The position numbers were made by a program, and so were the translations under genes. A DNA stretch of 27,177 bases from contig JANNWY010000287.1 of NCBI GenBank assembly GCA_031409335.1, forward strand, positions 1 to 27,177, in the 5' to 3' direction. Of this stretch, positions 15,542 to 26,618 are shown one piece after another. The stretch is from Chthoniobacteraceae bacterium. GTDB taxonomy: Bacteria > Verrucomicrobiota > Verrucomicrobiia > Chthoniobacterales > Chthoniobacteraceae. The stretch's first letter is position 1. Every line of letters starts with the position of its first letter. Under the pieces are notes generated by a model. The model saw nothing but the letters and a program-made list of their open reading frames with translations. It was not told where the DNA came from and made no database searches.

Positions 15542-17020
15542 CTACGCCAAAATTCTCTTCACGACTTTCGACGGCTTCGTCACGTTCGTCACTCGCTGGT
15601 CGAGTCCCTGATTTGGGTAAGTGAGCCGTTTGTGATCGAAGCCGAGCAGGTGAAGCATCGTCGCTTTCAAATCGTGAACGCTGACTTTGTCCACGACCGC
15701 TTCGTAGCCGAGATCATCGCTTTCGCCAAACGTGCCCGGCTTCACGCCGCCGCCCGCCATCCAGATCGTGAACGCACCCGGATTGTGATCGCGCCCGATC
15801 CATTTCATCTCCACGCCACCCCGGTTTTCGCGCATCGGCGTCCGCCCAAATTCGCCACCCCACACGATCAGCGTGTCTTCGAGCATGCCGCGCTGTTTCA
15901 GATCGGTGAGCAGCGCCGTCATCGGCTGATCCACGTCGGCGCACTGCTGCATGAAGCCGCCATCGAGCGCCTCTTTTTCAGTCGCGCCATGCGCATCCCA
16001 GCCCCAGTGGAAAAGCTGGATGTAGCGCACGCCGCGCTCCGCGAGGCGGCGCGCGAGCAGGCAGTTGTTCGCAAACGATTCCTCGCCCGGCTTCACGCCG
16101 TACGCCGCGCGCACATCGTCCGGCTCCTTGCCGATGTCGAACGCCTCGCTCGCGCTCACCTGCATGTTAAACGCCGTCTCGTACTGCGAAATGCGCGTGA
16201 GCGTTTCCGGGTCGCCCGCGTCCGCGTGCGTCTGGCGGTTGATGTCATTCAGCGCATCGAGCGACATGCGGCGCAGATCGCGCGAGACGCCGTCGGGATT
16301 GCCGAGATACAGCACCGGCTCGCCTTTGCTGCGACACTGCACGCCCTGATACACGCTCGGCAAAAAGCCCGAACCCCACGCGGACTTCCCCGCATCCGGC
16401 GTCTTGCCGCCGCTGAGCAGCACGATGAATCCCGGCAGATTTTCATTCGCCGAACCGAGCCCGTAAGTGACCCACCCGCCCATCGACGGATAGCCAAGCG
16501 TCGAGTAGCCAGTGTGCATCGCGAGCTGCGCCGGGGCGTGATTGAACTGATCGGTGTGCATGCTTTTCACGAAGCACACGTCGTCCACCACCTTTGAGAA
16601 ATGCGGCAGCCGGTCGCTCAGCCACGCGCCGGTATTGCCATGCTGCGCAAACGGAAAGCGCGGCCCGAGCAGCTTCGGCACGCCCTGGATGAACGCGAAC
16701 CGTTTCCCCGCGAGATATTTCTCCGGACAAGTCTGCCCGTCGAATTTGTGCAACTCCGGCTTGTAATCGAAAAGCTCCAGATGACTCGGCGCCCCAGCCA
16801 TGTGGAGAAAAATGACGCGCTTCGCCTTGCCGGGGAAATGCGAGGCAAACGGAGCCAGTGGCCGCGCCATATCGCGAGCGACGGAAGGCGCAGACCCAAA
16901 CACGGGGCCAGCCTGCGAAGCCAGCCACGCGGCACCGAGGCCGGTCGTGCAATCGCGCAGAAAATGCCGGCGCGTGATGTGTCTGAAGTGAGCGATGCGG
17001 GCTTCGTCGGAGAGGTTCAT
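15542..17020 (-). CDS. DUF1501 domain protein with Tat signal
   Basis: TRRHFLR, KAKRVIFLHMAGAPSHLELFDYKP, DQFNHAPAQ, CLLARRLAERGVRYIQL, WGGEFGRTP and GRDHNP. Confidence 0.92.
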   Translation of the reverse strand: MNLSDEARIAHFRHITRRHFLRDCTTGLGAAWLASQAGPVFGSAPSVARDMARPLAPFASHFPGKAKRVIFLHMAGAPSHLELFDYKPELHKFDGQTCPEKYLAGKRFAFIQGVPKLLGPRFPFAQHGNTGAWLSDRLPHFSKVVDDVCFVKSMHTDQFNHAPAQLAMHTGYSTLGYPSMGGWVTYGLGSANENLPGFIVLLSGGKTPDAGKSAWGSGFLPSVYQGVQCRSKGEPVLYLGNPDGVSRDLRRMSLDALNDINRQTHADAGDPETLTRISQYETAFNMQVSASEAFDIGKEPDDVRAAYGVKPGEESFANNCLLARRLAERGVRYIQLFHWGWDAHGATEKEALDGGFMQQCADVDQPMTALLTDLKQRGMLEDTLIVWGGEFGRTPMRENRGGVEMKWIGRDHNPGAFTIWMAGGGVKPGTFGESDDLGYEAVVDKVSVHDLKATMLHLLGFDHKRLTYPNQGLDQRVTNVTKPSKVVKRILA

Positions 17021-17027
17021 GGCGCGG

Positions 17028-19967
17028 TTATTTTGTAAGAGCATCGTCGAGATTGAGAATGGTGCTCGCGACCAGCGTGAGCGCAGCGGTTTCCGGATCA
17101 CCGGCGGCTTTTTCGGCGAGCGATAGATCGGCTTTGTAATTTGCGAGCGCGTCGGCGTGCAGCTTTGCCAGCCGCGCGATTTGATCGGGTTTTGGATCGT
17201 TGCTAGTCACGGTTCGCAGCGCCCAAGCGATGCTGGCCTCCGCGTTTGCGCCCGCGGATTTCATCCGCTTCGCCAGCGCGCGGGCCGCTTCGAAATAGAC
17301 CGGATCATTCAACGTCACGAGCGCCTGCAATGGCGTGTTTGTCACCACCCGCCGGGCGGTGCAAACCTCGCGGCTCGAAGCGTCGAAGGTCATGAAACTC
17401 GGATACGGACTCGTCCGGCGCCAATACGTGTAGAGCGCGCGGCGATAACGATCTTCGCCCTGGGGCGTCTCCCATTTCGCGCCGTTATAGACGACCTGCC
17501 ACACGCCTTCCGGCTGCGGCGGCATCACCGATGGGCCGCCGATCCTGTCGGTCAAAATACCCGCTGTGGCGAGCGCCTGATCGCGCACCATCTCGGCGGC
17601 GAGTCGCGTGCGCGGGCCGCGCGTGAGCAGGCGATTGCGCGGATCTTTCGCGTGCAATTCGGTCGTCGCGCGATGGTCCTGCCGATACGTGGAAGACAGC
17701 ACCAATTCGCGCAGCAGCGTTTTCAGACTCCAGCGCTGTTCATTTTGAAAACGCAGCGCGAGAAAATCGAGCAGCGCCGGGTGCGACGGCGGCAGGCCCG
17801 TGGAACCGAAATCTTCGAGCGTTTCGACGATGCCGATGCCGAACAACTCCGCCCAAACGCGATTCACGAGCACGCGCGCAGTCAGCGGATTCTCCGTGCT
17901 GACCAGCCACTTCGCCATCGCGAGACGATCCGCTTTTCCTGGTGGCAGCGGCGGAAAAATCCCCGGTGTCCCCGGCTCCATCACCTTGTCTTTTGCGAGA
18001 AAATTCCCGCGCAGAAAAAGCCGCGTCTCGCGCTTTGCATCGTCCGGGCGTTCCGCCATCACGAGCGTGCTCGCGCTCGGGATCGCGTCACGTTTTTGAC
18101 GCGCCTCGCTCCAGCGCTTCCGCAAATCCATGCGTTCGGGCGAAAGCGCGAGCGCAGTCCACGCCGCGCTCGTCGTCGTCGCGAGTTTGAAGCGATAGAG
18201 GATCGAGCCCTTCGTTTCGGCGTCGAAAACAGTGTGCTTCAGATGCAGCCGCAGCGCCGCGCCCACGGGCACTTTCACCGACTCCTTTGGCACGAAGACG
18301 AGCCAGCGCGGGCCAAACAATTTCGGAAACGCGCCGCCCCCGGCCACGCCCGGCTTCAGACTTTCCTCCGGATCAAACGGCCCCGTCAGCGTGTCCGCAT
18401 ACACCGCAACAAATTCCACGCGATCAATCCCTGTCGGCAACGGCGGGCGCTTTTTCTTCTCTTCGTCGCTGAGTCCCGTTTGCTCCGCATTGATCTTTTC
18501 CGCCTCCACTTTTGCCGCCGCGACCTTCATCGGATCTTCGATTTCCATCCAGATGTGACCGACTACCGCGCCGTATTCCGGCCACTGTTTCGGGTCGTCG
18601 CCGCGCGGCAGGATGTCGAGCCGCAGTGCGCTCAGTTCCGTGGTCGCGGGCAGCTTCATCACGTAGGTCGTGCCGTTGCCGACCGTGCCATCGACACGCA
18701 CTTCATTCTCCGCGATGGAAAATTTCGCCTCCTTCGCGCCGGTCACTTCCTCCGGTTTCAGCGGTGCCCATTTTTCCGAAGCGAACAGCGGTTTCGCCGC
18801 GTCATTGATCTGCGTCCGCAGCTTTGCGATCTCCCGATCGAGTGCCTCTGCCTCGGCGGATTTCGCGTGATCCACCGGCACGCTCAGCCGCGGAAAATCA
18901 TCGCCCAAATCCGCGTCCTCCGTGCTGTTGAACATCGCGAGAAACCGGTAGTAATCCTCATGCTTGAACGCATCGTACGGATGCGAGTGACACTGCACGC
19001 AACCGAACGTCGTGCCCTGCCAGACCGTCCACGTCGTGTTCACGCGATCCACCACCGCGGCCAGGCGAAACTCCTCATCGTCCGTCCCGCCCTCCGTGTT
19101 CGTCTGCGTATTGCGGTGAAAACCCGTCGCGATCCGATCGTCGAGCGTCGCGCCGGGCAGCAGATCGCCGGCAAGCTGCTTCACCGTGAATTGGTCGAAC
19201 GGCATGTCCGCATTCAGCGCGCGCACCACCCAATCGCGCCACGGCCACACCTCGCGACCATTGTCTTTTTCATAGCCCTGCGTGTCCGCATACCGCGCCA
19301 AATCCATCCACATCGCCGCCCAGCGTTCCCCGAAATGTGGCGACGCCAGCAGCCGATCCACGACCTGCTCGGGCGTCGCTTTTTCGCTGGTGGAAGTCGC
19401 GAGTTCTTCCGGCGTCGGCGGCAGTCCCGTCAGGTCGAACGTCGCGCGCCGCAGCCACTGCGCACGATCCGCCTCGCGCGACGGTTTCAAATTTTCCCCC
19501 TCGATCTCCGCGAGGACGAAACGATCCAGCTCACTCCGCCCCCAGGCCGCATCCTTCACTGGCGGCACCGATTGCGGCAGCGGCTTCACAAAAGACCAAT
19601 GCTCGCCCCACTTCGCGCCCTCCCCGATCCACTGGCGCAGCGTCGCGACCTCAGCCTCCGAAAGCGGCTTCCCCTCGCCGTGCTCCGGCGGCGGCATCCG
19701 CTCGTCATTGTCCTTCGAGGTTACCCGCAAAATCATTTCCGATTCCTCCGCTTTCCCCGGCACGATCGTCACCGCGCCCGATTTCCCCTCCGCGAGCGCC
19801 TTCTCGCGATACACAAACGAAATCCCTCCCGCCTGCTTCACCCCGCCGTGGCAGCCCGTGCAGTGTTTGTTCAAGATCGGCCGCACGTCGCGATTGAAAT
19901 CCACCGCCGCCCGCGCAGAAGCGGCGAGCGCGAGTGACAGCGCGACGGATCTAAAAGTGGAACTCAT
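17028..19967 (-). CDS. PSD1 / planctomycete cytochrome c domain protein (PSCyt1 + DUF1549 + DUF1553)
   Basis: VDFNRDVRPIL..CTGCHGG, LRRATFDLTGLPPT, CVQCHSHPYD, NPLTARVLVNRVW and TNTPLQAL. Lies 7 bp upstream of the DUF1501 gene; signal peptide from the ATG at 19967. Confidence 0.92.
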   Translation of the reverse strand: MSSTFRSVALSLALAASARAAVDFNRDVRPILNKHCTGCHGGVKQAGGISFVYREKALAEGKSGAVTIVPGKAEESEMILRVTSKDNDERMPPPEHGEGKPLSEAEVATLRQWIGEGAKWGEHWSFVKPLPQSVPPVKDAAWGRSELDRFVLAEIEGENLKPSREADRAQWLRRATFDLTGLPPTPEELATSTSEKATPEQVVDRLLASPHFGERWAAMWMDLARYADTQGYEKDNGREVWPWRDWVVRALNADMPFDQFTVKQLAGDLLPGATLDDRIATGFHRNTQTNTEGGTDDEEFRLAAVVDRVNTTWTVWQGTTFGCVQCHSHPYDAFKHEDYYRFLAMFNSTEDADLGDDFPRLSVPVDHAKSAEAEALDREIAKLRTQINDAAKPLFASEKWAPLKPEEVTGAKEAKFSIAENEVRVDGTVGNGTTYVMKLPATTELSALRLDILPRGDDPKQWPEYGAVVGHIWMEIEDPMKVAAAKVEAEKINAEQTGLSDEEKKKRPPLPTGIDRVEFVAVYADTLTGPFDPEESLKPGVAGGGAFPKLFGPRWLVFVPKESVKVPVGAALRLHLKHTVFDAETKGSILYRFKLATTTSAAWTALALSPERMDLRKRWSEARQKRDAIPSASTLVMAERPDDAKRETRLFLRGNFLAKDKVMEPGTPGIFPPLPPGKADRLAMAKWLVSTENPLTARVLVNRVWAELFGIGIVETLEDFGSTGLPPSHPALLDFLALRFQNEQRWSLKTLLRELVLSSTYRQDHRATTELHAKDPRNRLLTRGPRTRLAAEMVRDQALATAGILTDRIGGPSVMPPQPEGVWQVVYNGAKWETPQGEDRYRRALYTYWRRTSPYPSFMTFDASSREVCTARRVVTNTPLQALVTLNDPVYFEAARALAKRMKSAGANAEASIAWALRTVTSNDPKPDQIARLAKLHADALANYKADLSLAEKAAGDPETAALTLVASTILNLDDALTK

Positions 19968-19992
19968 AAGCCTCGGCAAATAGAAACCCACG

Positions 19993-20024
19993 GCGGAAAA
20001 GTTCATACGCTGAATTTTTTCCGC
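19993..20024. promoter_or_regulatory. Imperfect palindrome in the divergent promoter region (candidate operator)
   Basis: GCGGAAAAGTTCA-TACGC-TGAATTTTTTCCGC. Confidence 0.35.
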
Positions 20025-20073
20025 GGCCGCGAACGTGCCGCATTTCCAATCGCCGCGGCGAATCGACGCACGT

Positions 20074-20556
20074 ATGTTCACTCATCCTTCGCAAATGCAG
20101 GCCACCTCTTTCTACAAGCGATCCAACTTCGTCACGCATCTGCCCGTCGAGCGCCTCTACAGCCCTTCGCACTTCTGGCTGGAGCGCATCGCGGACGACC
20201 GCTGGCGCGTGGGATTCACAAAATTTGCGACGCGGATGCTTGGCGAAATCGTCGAGGTGCAGTGGGAAAAAGCCGTGGGCGATGCGGTCGAAAGCGGCGC
20301 GATCATCGGCGCGATCGAAGGATTCAAAGCGATCAGCGACATCTACTGCGTTGCCAGCGGTTCCTTTGCTGGCGGTAATCCGGCGCTCGGCGCGAACATT
20401 GAGAAAGTCGGCGACGATCCGTACGGCGCGGGCTGGCTCTACGAATTCGACGGCACGCCCGACGCCAAATGCGTCAATCTCGAAAAATATCGCGTGCTGC
20501 TCGACACCACGATCGACCGCATCCTCGAAAAACAATCCGCAGAAGAACACGAATGA
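20074..20556 (+). CDS. Glycine cleavage H-like (GcvH-like) lipoyl-carrier protein
   Basis: LYSPSHFWL, RVGFTKFATRMLGEIVEV, IEGFKAISDIY (lipoyl-Lys position) and DPYGAGWLY. Start 20074 or 20095. Confidence 0.85.
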   Translation: MFTHPSQMQATSFYKRSNFVTHLPVERLYSPSHFWLERIADDRWRVGFTKFATRMLGEIVEVQWEKAVGDAVESGAIIGAIEGFKAISDIYCVASGSFAGGNPALGANIEKVGDDPYGAGWLYEFDGTPDAKCVNLEKYRVLLDTTIDRILEKQSAEEHE

Positions 20557-21679
20557 ACGATTCACAATCCAAGTCGCGCTACATCATGATCGGCGGTTTC
20601 CTCGGCGCGGGAAAAACCACCGCGGTCGCCGCGCTCGCGCAGCATCTCACGCAGAGCGGCCTCCGCGTCGGGCTGATCACGAACGATCAGGGCAGCGAAC
20701 TCGTCGATACCGCGATGCTGCGCGCGAAAGGATTCTCCACGGAGGAAATTCCCGGCGGCTGTTTCTGCTGCCGGTTCAATTCGCTCGTCGATGCCGCCGC
20801 CAAACTCAACGAAGCGACCCGCCCCGATGTTTTCATCGCCGAGCCGGTCGGGAGCTGCACCGATCTGGTGGCAACGGTGACGTATCCGTTGCGCCGCATT
20901 TACGGTGATCAGTTCCTCATTGCGCCGCTCAGCGTGCTCGTCGATCCCGTCCGCGCCGAGCGCATTTTCGGGCTGGATGCAGGCGGGCGGAACTTTTCCG
21001 GGAAGGTCCTCTACATTTACCGCAAGCAACTCGAAGAAGCCGACCTGATCGTCGTCACAAAAAACGACCTCATCCCCGCGGATCGTCTCCAGCGCTTGAT
21101 CGCGCGGCTGGGTGAAGAATTTCCGAACGCGAAACTGCTCGATGTCTCCGTGCGCGAATCCCGCGGGCTCGACGAATGGTTCCGCCACATCGCGACCGGC
21201 GAACAAAACGCGCGCGCGACGATGGAAGTGGACTACCAACTTTACGCCGAAGGCGAAGCACTGCTCGGCTGGCTGAACGCCACCGTGCAACTCACCAGCG
21301 CCGCCGGATTCGAGTCCGAGCCCGTGCTGAAAGCCATCGCCACGGGCATCCAACACCGCCTCGCCGGAGCGGAGATCGCGCATTTGAAAATGACGCTCAG
21401 CCCCGCCGCCGGCCTCGGCGACATCGCCGTCATCAATCTCGTCCGCAGCGATTTCATCCCCGAGCTTTCCCTGAAACTCGAAGCGCCCGTGACGAGCGGA
21501 CAGCTCATCATCAACTGCCGCGCCGAAGCCGCACCGGATGATTTGCGCGATGCCGTCCGCGGCGCAGTCGCCGAGATCGGCGCGCAGTTTCCCGGCGTCG
21601 CCGCGCGGCTCGATCACCACGAACATTTTCGCCCCGGAAAACCCACGCCTACTCATCGCGACATGGCCGCGCCCGTGCG

Positions 21680-21683
<4 letters not shown>
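20553..21683 (+). CDS. CobW/HypB/UreG-type (G3E, COG0523-like) metallochaperone GTPase
   Basis: [11 protein letters not shown]alker A, ITNDQG, GGCFCC metal motif, AEPVGSC and TKND. ATGA overlap with the GcvH-like gene. Confidence 0.88.
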
Positions 21684-23866
<2,183 letters not shown>

Positions 23867-23885
23867 CGCAAAAGACGGGCAGGCG

Positions 23886-24626
23886 TCACCGCGTCCAGCG
23901 TCCGCCTGCGGTAGAAAGGACCGGCAACTCGTCCGTCATGTATTGGGTCTTGCCCGTCGCGCCCCACATGCGCGTGCCGGTCGCGACGTAGAATTTTTTG
24001 CTCATGCTTTCGCCGGTGTGGCAGCTCCAGCTTTTCACGAAAGCGTCCTTCGCGAAGATGCCGCGATTGATCTTCTTGAGGTCGTTCTCGTGCAGCCAGC
24101 ATTTCGAGGCACTGTCCATGTTGTTCGAGTAGTCGAACATCCAGCACGCCTTGTTTGAGTGGCCGAAGAACTCGAAGCCGGTGAGCTTCACCGAGTTGCG
24201 CGGCTGGCCGACATTGAGGTAGTTCACCATCTCGTCGGCCTTGTCGAAATAGACGAGCTTCAGATTGTATTTTTCGCGGACGCTCGCGATGTGGCCGATG
24301 AGATCGTTTTTCTCCTGCTTTGCGCGGGCGAGATAGGCGGGCCGATAGACCAGCCAGGTGATTTGCACGTTCGGATTCGCATTCTGAAGCTGCTGCGTGC
24401 GGATGCGCGAGGCGCGCACGAAATTCATCCACCAGTTGTCATGCGGCTGCGCCTTGAATTTCTCCCACTGCATCAGCGACACGCCGCCCACCAGGATCAC
24501 ATACTCGCCCTCGCTCGACGGCATGTTTGGCGAAGGCGGGATTGGCGGGGCGGGGTTTTCCTGCGCGCGTCCGGTCGCGGCGAGGAGGCAAAGGCCGAGG
24601 ATGGTGAATACGGCGGACAATTTCAT
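23886..24626 (-). CDS. Secreted hypothetical protein (246 aa), possible clan CD-like cysteine peptidase
   Basis: Signal peptide MKLSAVFTILGLCLLAATGRA; FEFFGHS and VKSWSC motifs. The track's upstream extension is antisense to ilvN. Confidence 0.75.
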   Translation of the reverse strand: MKLSAVFTILGLCLLAATGRAQENPAPPIPPSPNMPSSEGEYVILVGGVSLMQWEKFKAQPHDNWWMNFVRASRIRTQQLQNANPNVQITWLVYRPAYLARAKQEKNDLIGHIASVREKYNLKLVYFDKADEMVNYLNVGQPRNSVKLTGFEFFGHSNKACWMFDYSNNMDSASKCWLHENDLKKINRGIFAKDAFVKSWSCHTGESMSKKFYVATGTRMWGATGKTQYMTDELPVLSTAGGRWTR

Positions 24627-24690
24627 GGGCCGTGAAAATGCCCCGATTTGGCGGGATGACAAGCGCGCGGGATTCGCGGCAATTTCCCGG

Positions 24691-24719
24691 TTGACGGACC
24701 CCTTTGACCCGCAGACACT
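24691..24719 (+). promoter_or_regulatory. Putative sigma70 promoter of ilvN-ilvC
   Basis: TTGACG-N17-GACACT, ending 15 nt before the ATG. Confidence 0.45.
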
Positions 24720-24734
24720 CCACGCCCTTTCGCC

Positions 24735-25214
24735 ATGCGCCACACCATTTCGGTCCTCGTTGAAAACAAATTCGGCGTGCTCACCCGCATCGCCGGCATG
24801 TTCAGCGGACGCGGGTTCAATATCGACACGCTCAATGTCGGTCCGACCCTCGATCCATCGACCTCGCGGATGACCATCGTCGTCCGCGGCGACGACAACG
24901 TTCTCGAACAAGTCACCAAGCAGCTCAACAAACTCGTCGATGTGATCGAGATTGAGGATTTTTCCGACGATGAAGTAGTCGAGCGCGAACTCGTGATGAT
25001 GCGTGTGAAAGTGGACGCGCCCGCGCGCGCCGAGGTGATGCAGATGTGCGACATCTTCCGCGCGAAGATCATCGACGTGCAGCACAACAATCTAGCCATC
25101 GAACTCACCGGCAACGAATCGAAGATCGACAAATTTCTCATGCTCATGGGCAAATTCGGCGTCACCGAACTCAACCGCACCGGCCGCGTCGCCCTGGCCC
25201 GCCGCTCGCAATAG
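24735..25214 (+). CDS. ilvN: Acetolactate synthase small (regulatory) subunit
   Basis: [36 protein letters not shown] domain; [17 protein letters not shown]. Confidence 0.96.
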   Translation: MRHTISVLVENKFGVLTRIAGMFSGRGFNIDTLNVGPTLDPSTSRMTIVVRGDDNVLEQVTKQLNKLVDVIEIEDFSDDEVVERELVMMRVKVDAPARAEVMQMCDIFRAKIIDVQHNNLAIELTGNESKIDKFLMLMGKFGVTELNRTGRVALARRSQ

Positions 25215-25217
25215 CAC

Positions 25218-25236
25218 CAACTCTCAACCCTCAACT
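25218..25236. repeat. Short heptamer repeat (CTCAACY-like) in the ilvN-ilvC spacer
   Basis: CAACT CTCAACC CTCAACT. Confidence 0.4.
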
Positions 25237-25246
25237 TTTTCCAAAA

Positions 25247-26272
25247 ATGCCCGCAAAAATCTACACCGACAAAGACGCCGATCTCTCCGTTCTCAAAGGC
25301 AAAACCTGCGCCGTGCTCGGCTTCGGCTCGCAAGGCCACGCCCACGCGCTGAACCTCAAGGAGTCGGGCGTGAAAGTCATCATCGGCCTGTATCCCGGCA
25401 GCAAATCCGCAGCGGTCGCGAAGGAAAAAGGGTTTCAAGTTTTTGAAACCGGCGAAGCCGTGAAAAAGGCCGACATCATCTTCGTCGCGATCCCCGATAC
25501 CAAGCAGCCCGACGTTTTTGAAAAGAGCATCCGGCCCAATCTCACGAAGGGAAAAACGCTGCTCTTCAGCCACGGCTTCTCGATCCATTTCAAAACGATC
25601 GTTCCGCCGAAGGACGTGGACGTGATCATGGTCGCGCCGAAAGGCCCCGGCCACATCGTGCGCCGTCAATTCACCGAAGGCAAAGGCGTCCCGGCGATCA
25701 TCGCGGTGTATCAAAACCCATCGAAGAAGGCCAAGAAGGTCGCGCTCGCGTGGGCGAAAGGTGTGGGTGGGACGCGCGGCGGAGTCATCGAGACGAGCTT
25801 CCGCGAGGAAACCGAGACCGATCTTTTCGGCGAGCAAACCGTCCTCTGCGGCGGCGCGAGCGCGCTGGTGCAGGCTGGATTTGAAGTGCTCACCGAGGCG
25901 GGCTATTCGCCCGAGATGGCCTACTTCGAGTGCCTCCACGAGCTGAAGCTCATCGTTGATCTGATGAACGAAGCGGGAGTTGCCGGAATGCGTTTTTCAA
26001 TTTCCGAAACCGCAAAATGGGGCGACGTGAGCGTCGGTCCAAAGATCATCGACGCTGGCGTGAAGAAGCGCATGAAAGCGGCGCTTAAGGACATTCAAAC
26101 GGGCAAATTCGCGAAGGAATGGGTGGCCGAATACAAAGGCGGCTACAAGAAATACAACGCGCTGCTCAAGAAGGGTGAACAACACCCGATCGAAAAAACC
26201 GGCGAACGCCTCCGCGGCCTCATGCCGTGGATCAAGAAGAAGAACATCAAGGGCGCGCAGGCGGCTTATTGA
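25247..26272 (+). CDS. ilvC: Ketol-acid reductoisomerase (341 aa)
   Basis: [43 protein letters not shown] and [17 protein letters not shown]. True start ATG 25247. Confidence 0.97.
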   Translation: MPAKIYTDKDADLSVLKGKTCAVLGFGSQGHAHALNLKESGVKVIIGLYPGSKSAAVAKEKGFQVFETGEAVKKADIIFVAIPDTKQPDVFEKSIRPNLTKGKTLLFSHGFSIHFKTIVPPKDVDVIMVAPKGPGHIVRRQFTEGKGVPAIIAVYQNPSKKAKKVALAWAKGVGGTRGGVIETSFREETETDLFGEQTVLCGGASALVQAGFEVLTEAGYSPEMAYFECLHELKLIVDLMNEAGVAGMRFSISETAKWGDVSVGPKIIDAGVKKRMKAALKDIQTGKFAKEWVAEYKGGYKKYNALLKKGEQHPIEKTGERLRGLMPWIKKKNIKGAQAAY

Positions 26273-26280
26273 GTCCGATT

Positions 26281-26447
26281 GTCGGGTCCATTCGCAGGAC
26301 TCCGGCGCGTCTCGCGCTCGCCAGTCCCGCCTGCGATCTCGCCAAAGAGCGGCCACGTCTCCGGCTGTGAGCCGCTCTTCAATCCCCGGCAGCATTTTTG
26401 CCCCGCGGAAAACCGCCTCGCCGTTCGCGGCCTGACTCCGACCCGAC
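26281..26447. other. Multi-stem structured intergenic element (candidate ncRNA or repeat)
   Basis: Closing stem GTCGGGTC/GACCCGAC encloses TCGCAGG/CCTGCGA, AAGAGCGGC/GCCGCTCTT, GCGG-AAAA-CCGC and GCCG-TTCG-CGGC. Confidence 0.35.
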
Positions 26448-26505
26448 GCGCTCACCTCCCTGACGCCTGGCGTAGCGTCCTGCAAAAAGATTTTCCGCTT
26501 GCGGA

Positions 26506-26534
26506 TTGACGACTTTTTTCCGGGCCGACAGCAT
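26506..26534 (+). promoter_or_regulatory. Putative sigma70 promoter of the downstream secreted-protein gene
   Basis: TTGACG-N17-CAGCAT with an A/T-rich tract upstream. Confidence 0.45.
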
Positions 26535-26618
26535 CACCGCCGTCAGTGCATTCCGTCGCGACCGGTGCGGCGGAAACCGTTTGGTTCTGTTTGGTGCAAC
26601 CTCCGACTCATCCGATTT

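Noticed and set aside
17157..19937. 926-aa plus-strand ORF (similarly 6479-8260, 12124-13914, 22246-23688, 4272-5489 and others)
   Set aside because: Antisense shadows of well-supported genes. They are Arg-rich or low-complexity with no family motifs, as expected from GC-rich codon bias.
20074..20556. Calling the gene canonical gcvH
   Set aside because: Divergent lipoyl motif (IEGFKA versus VESVKA), extra N-terminus and no gcvT/gcvP context; symbol withheld.
24627..25085. 153-aa N-terminal extension of the secreted hypothetical protein
   Set aside because: Antisense to ilvN; the signal peptide starts at Met 24626.
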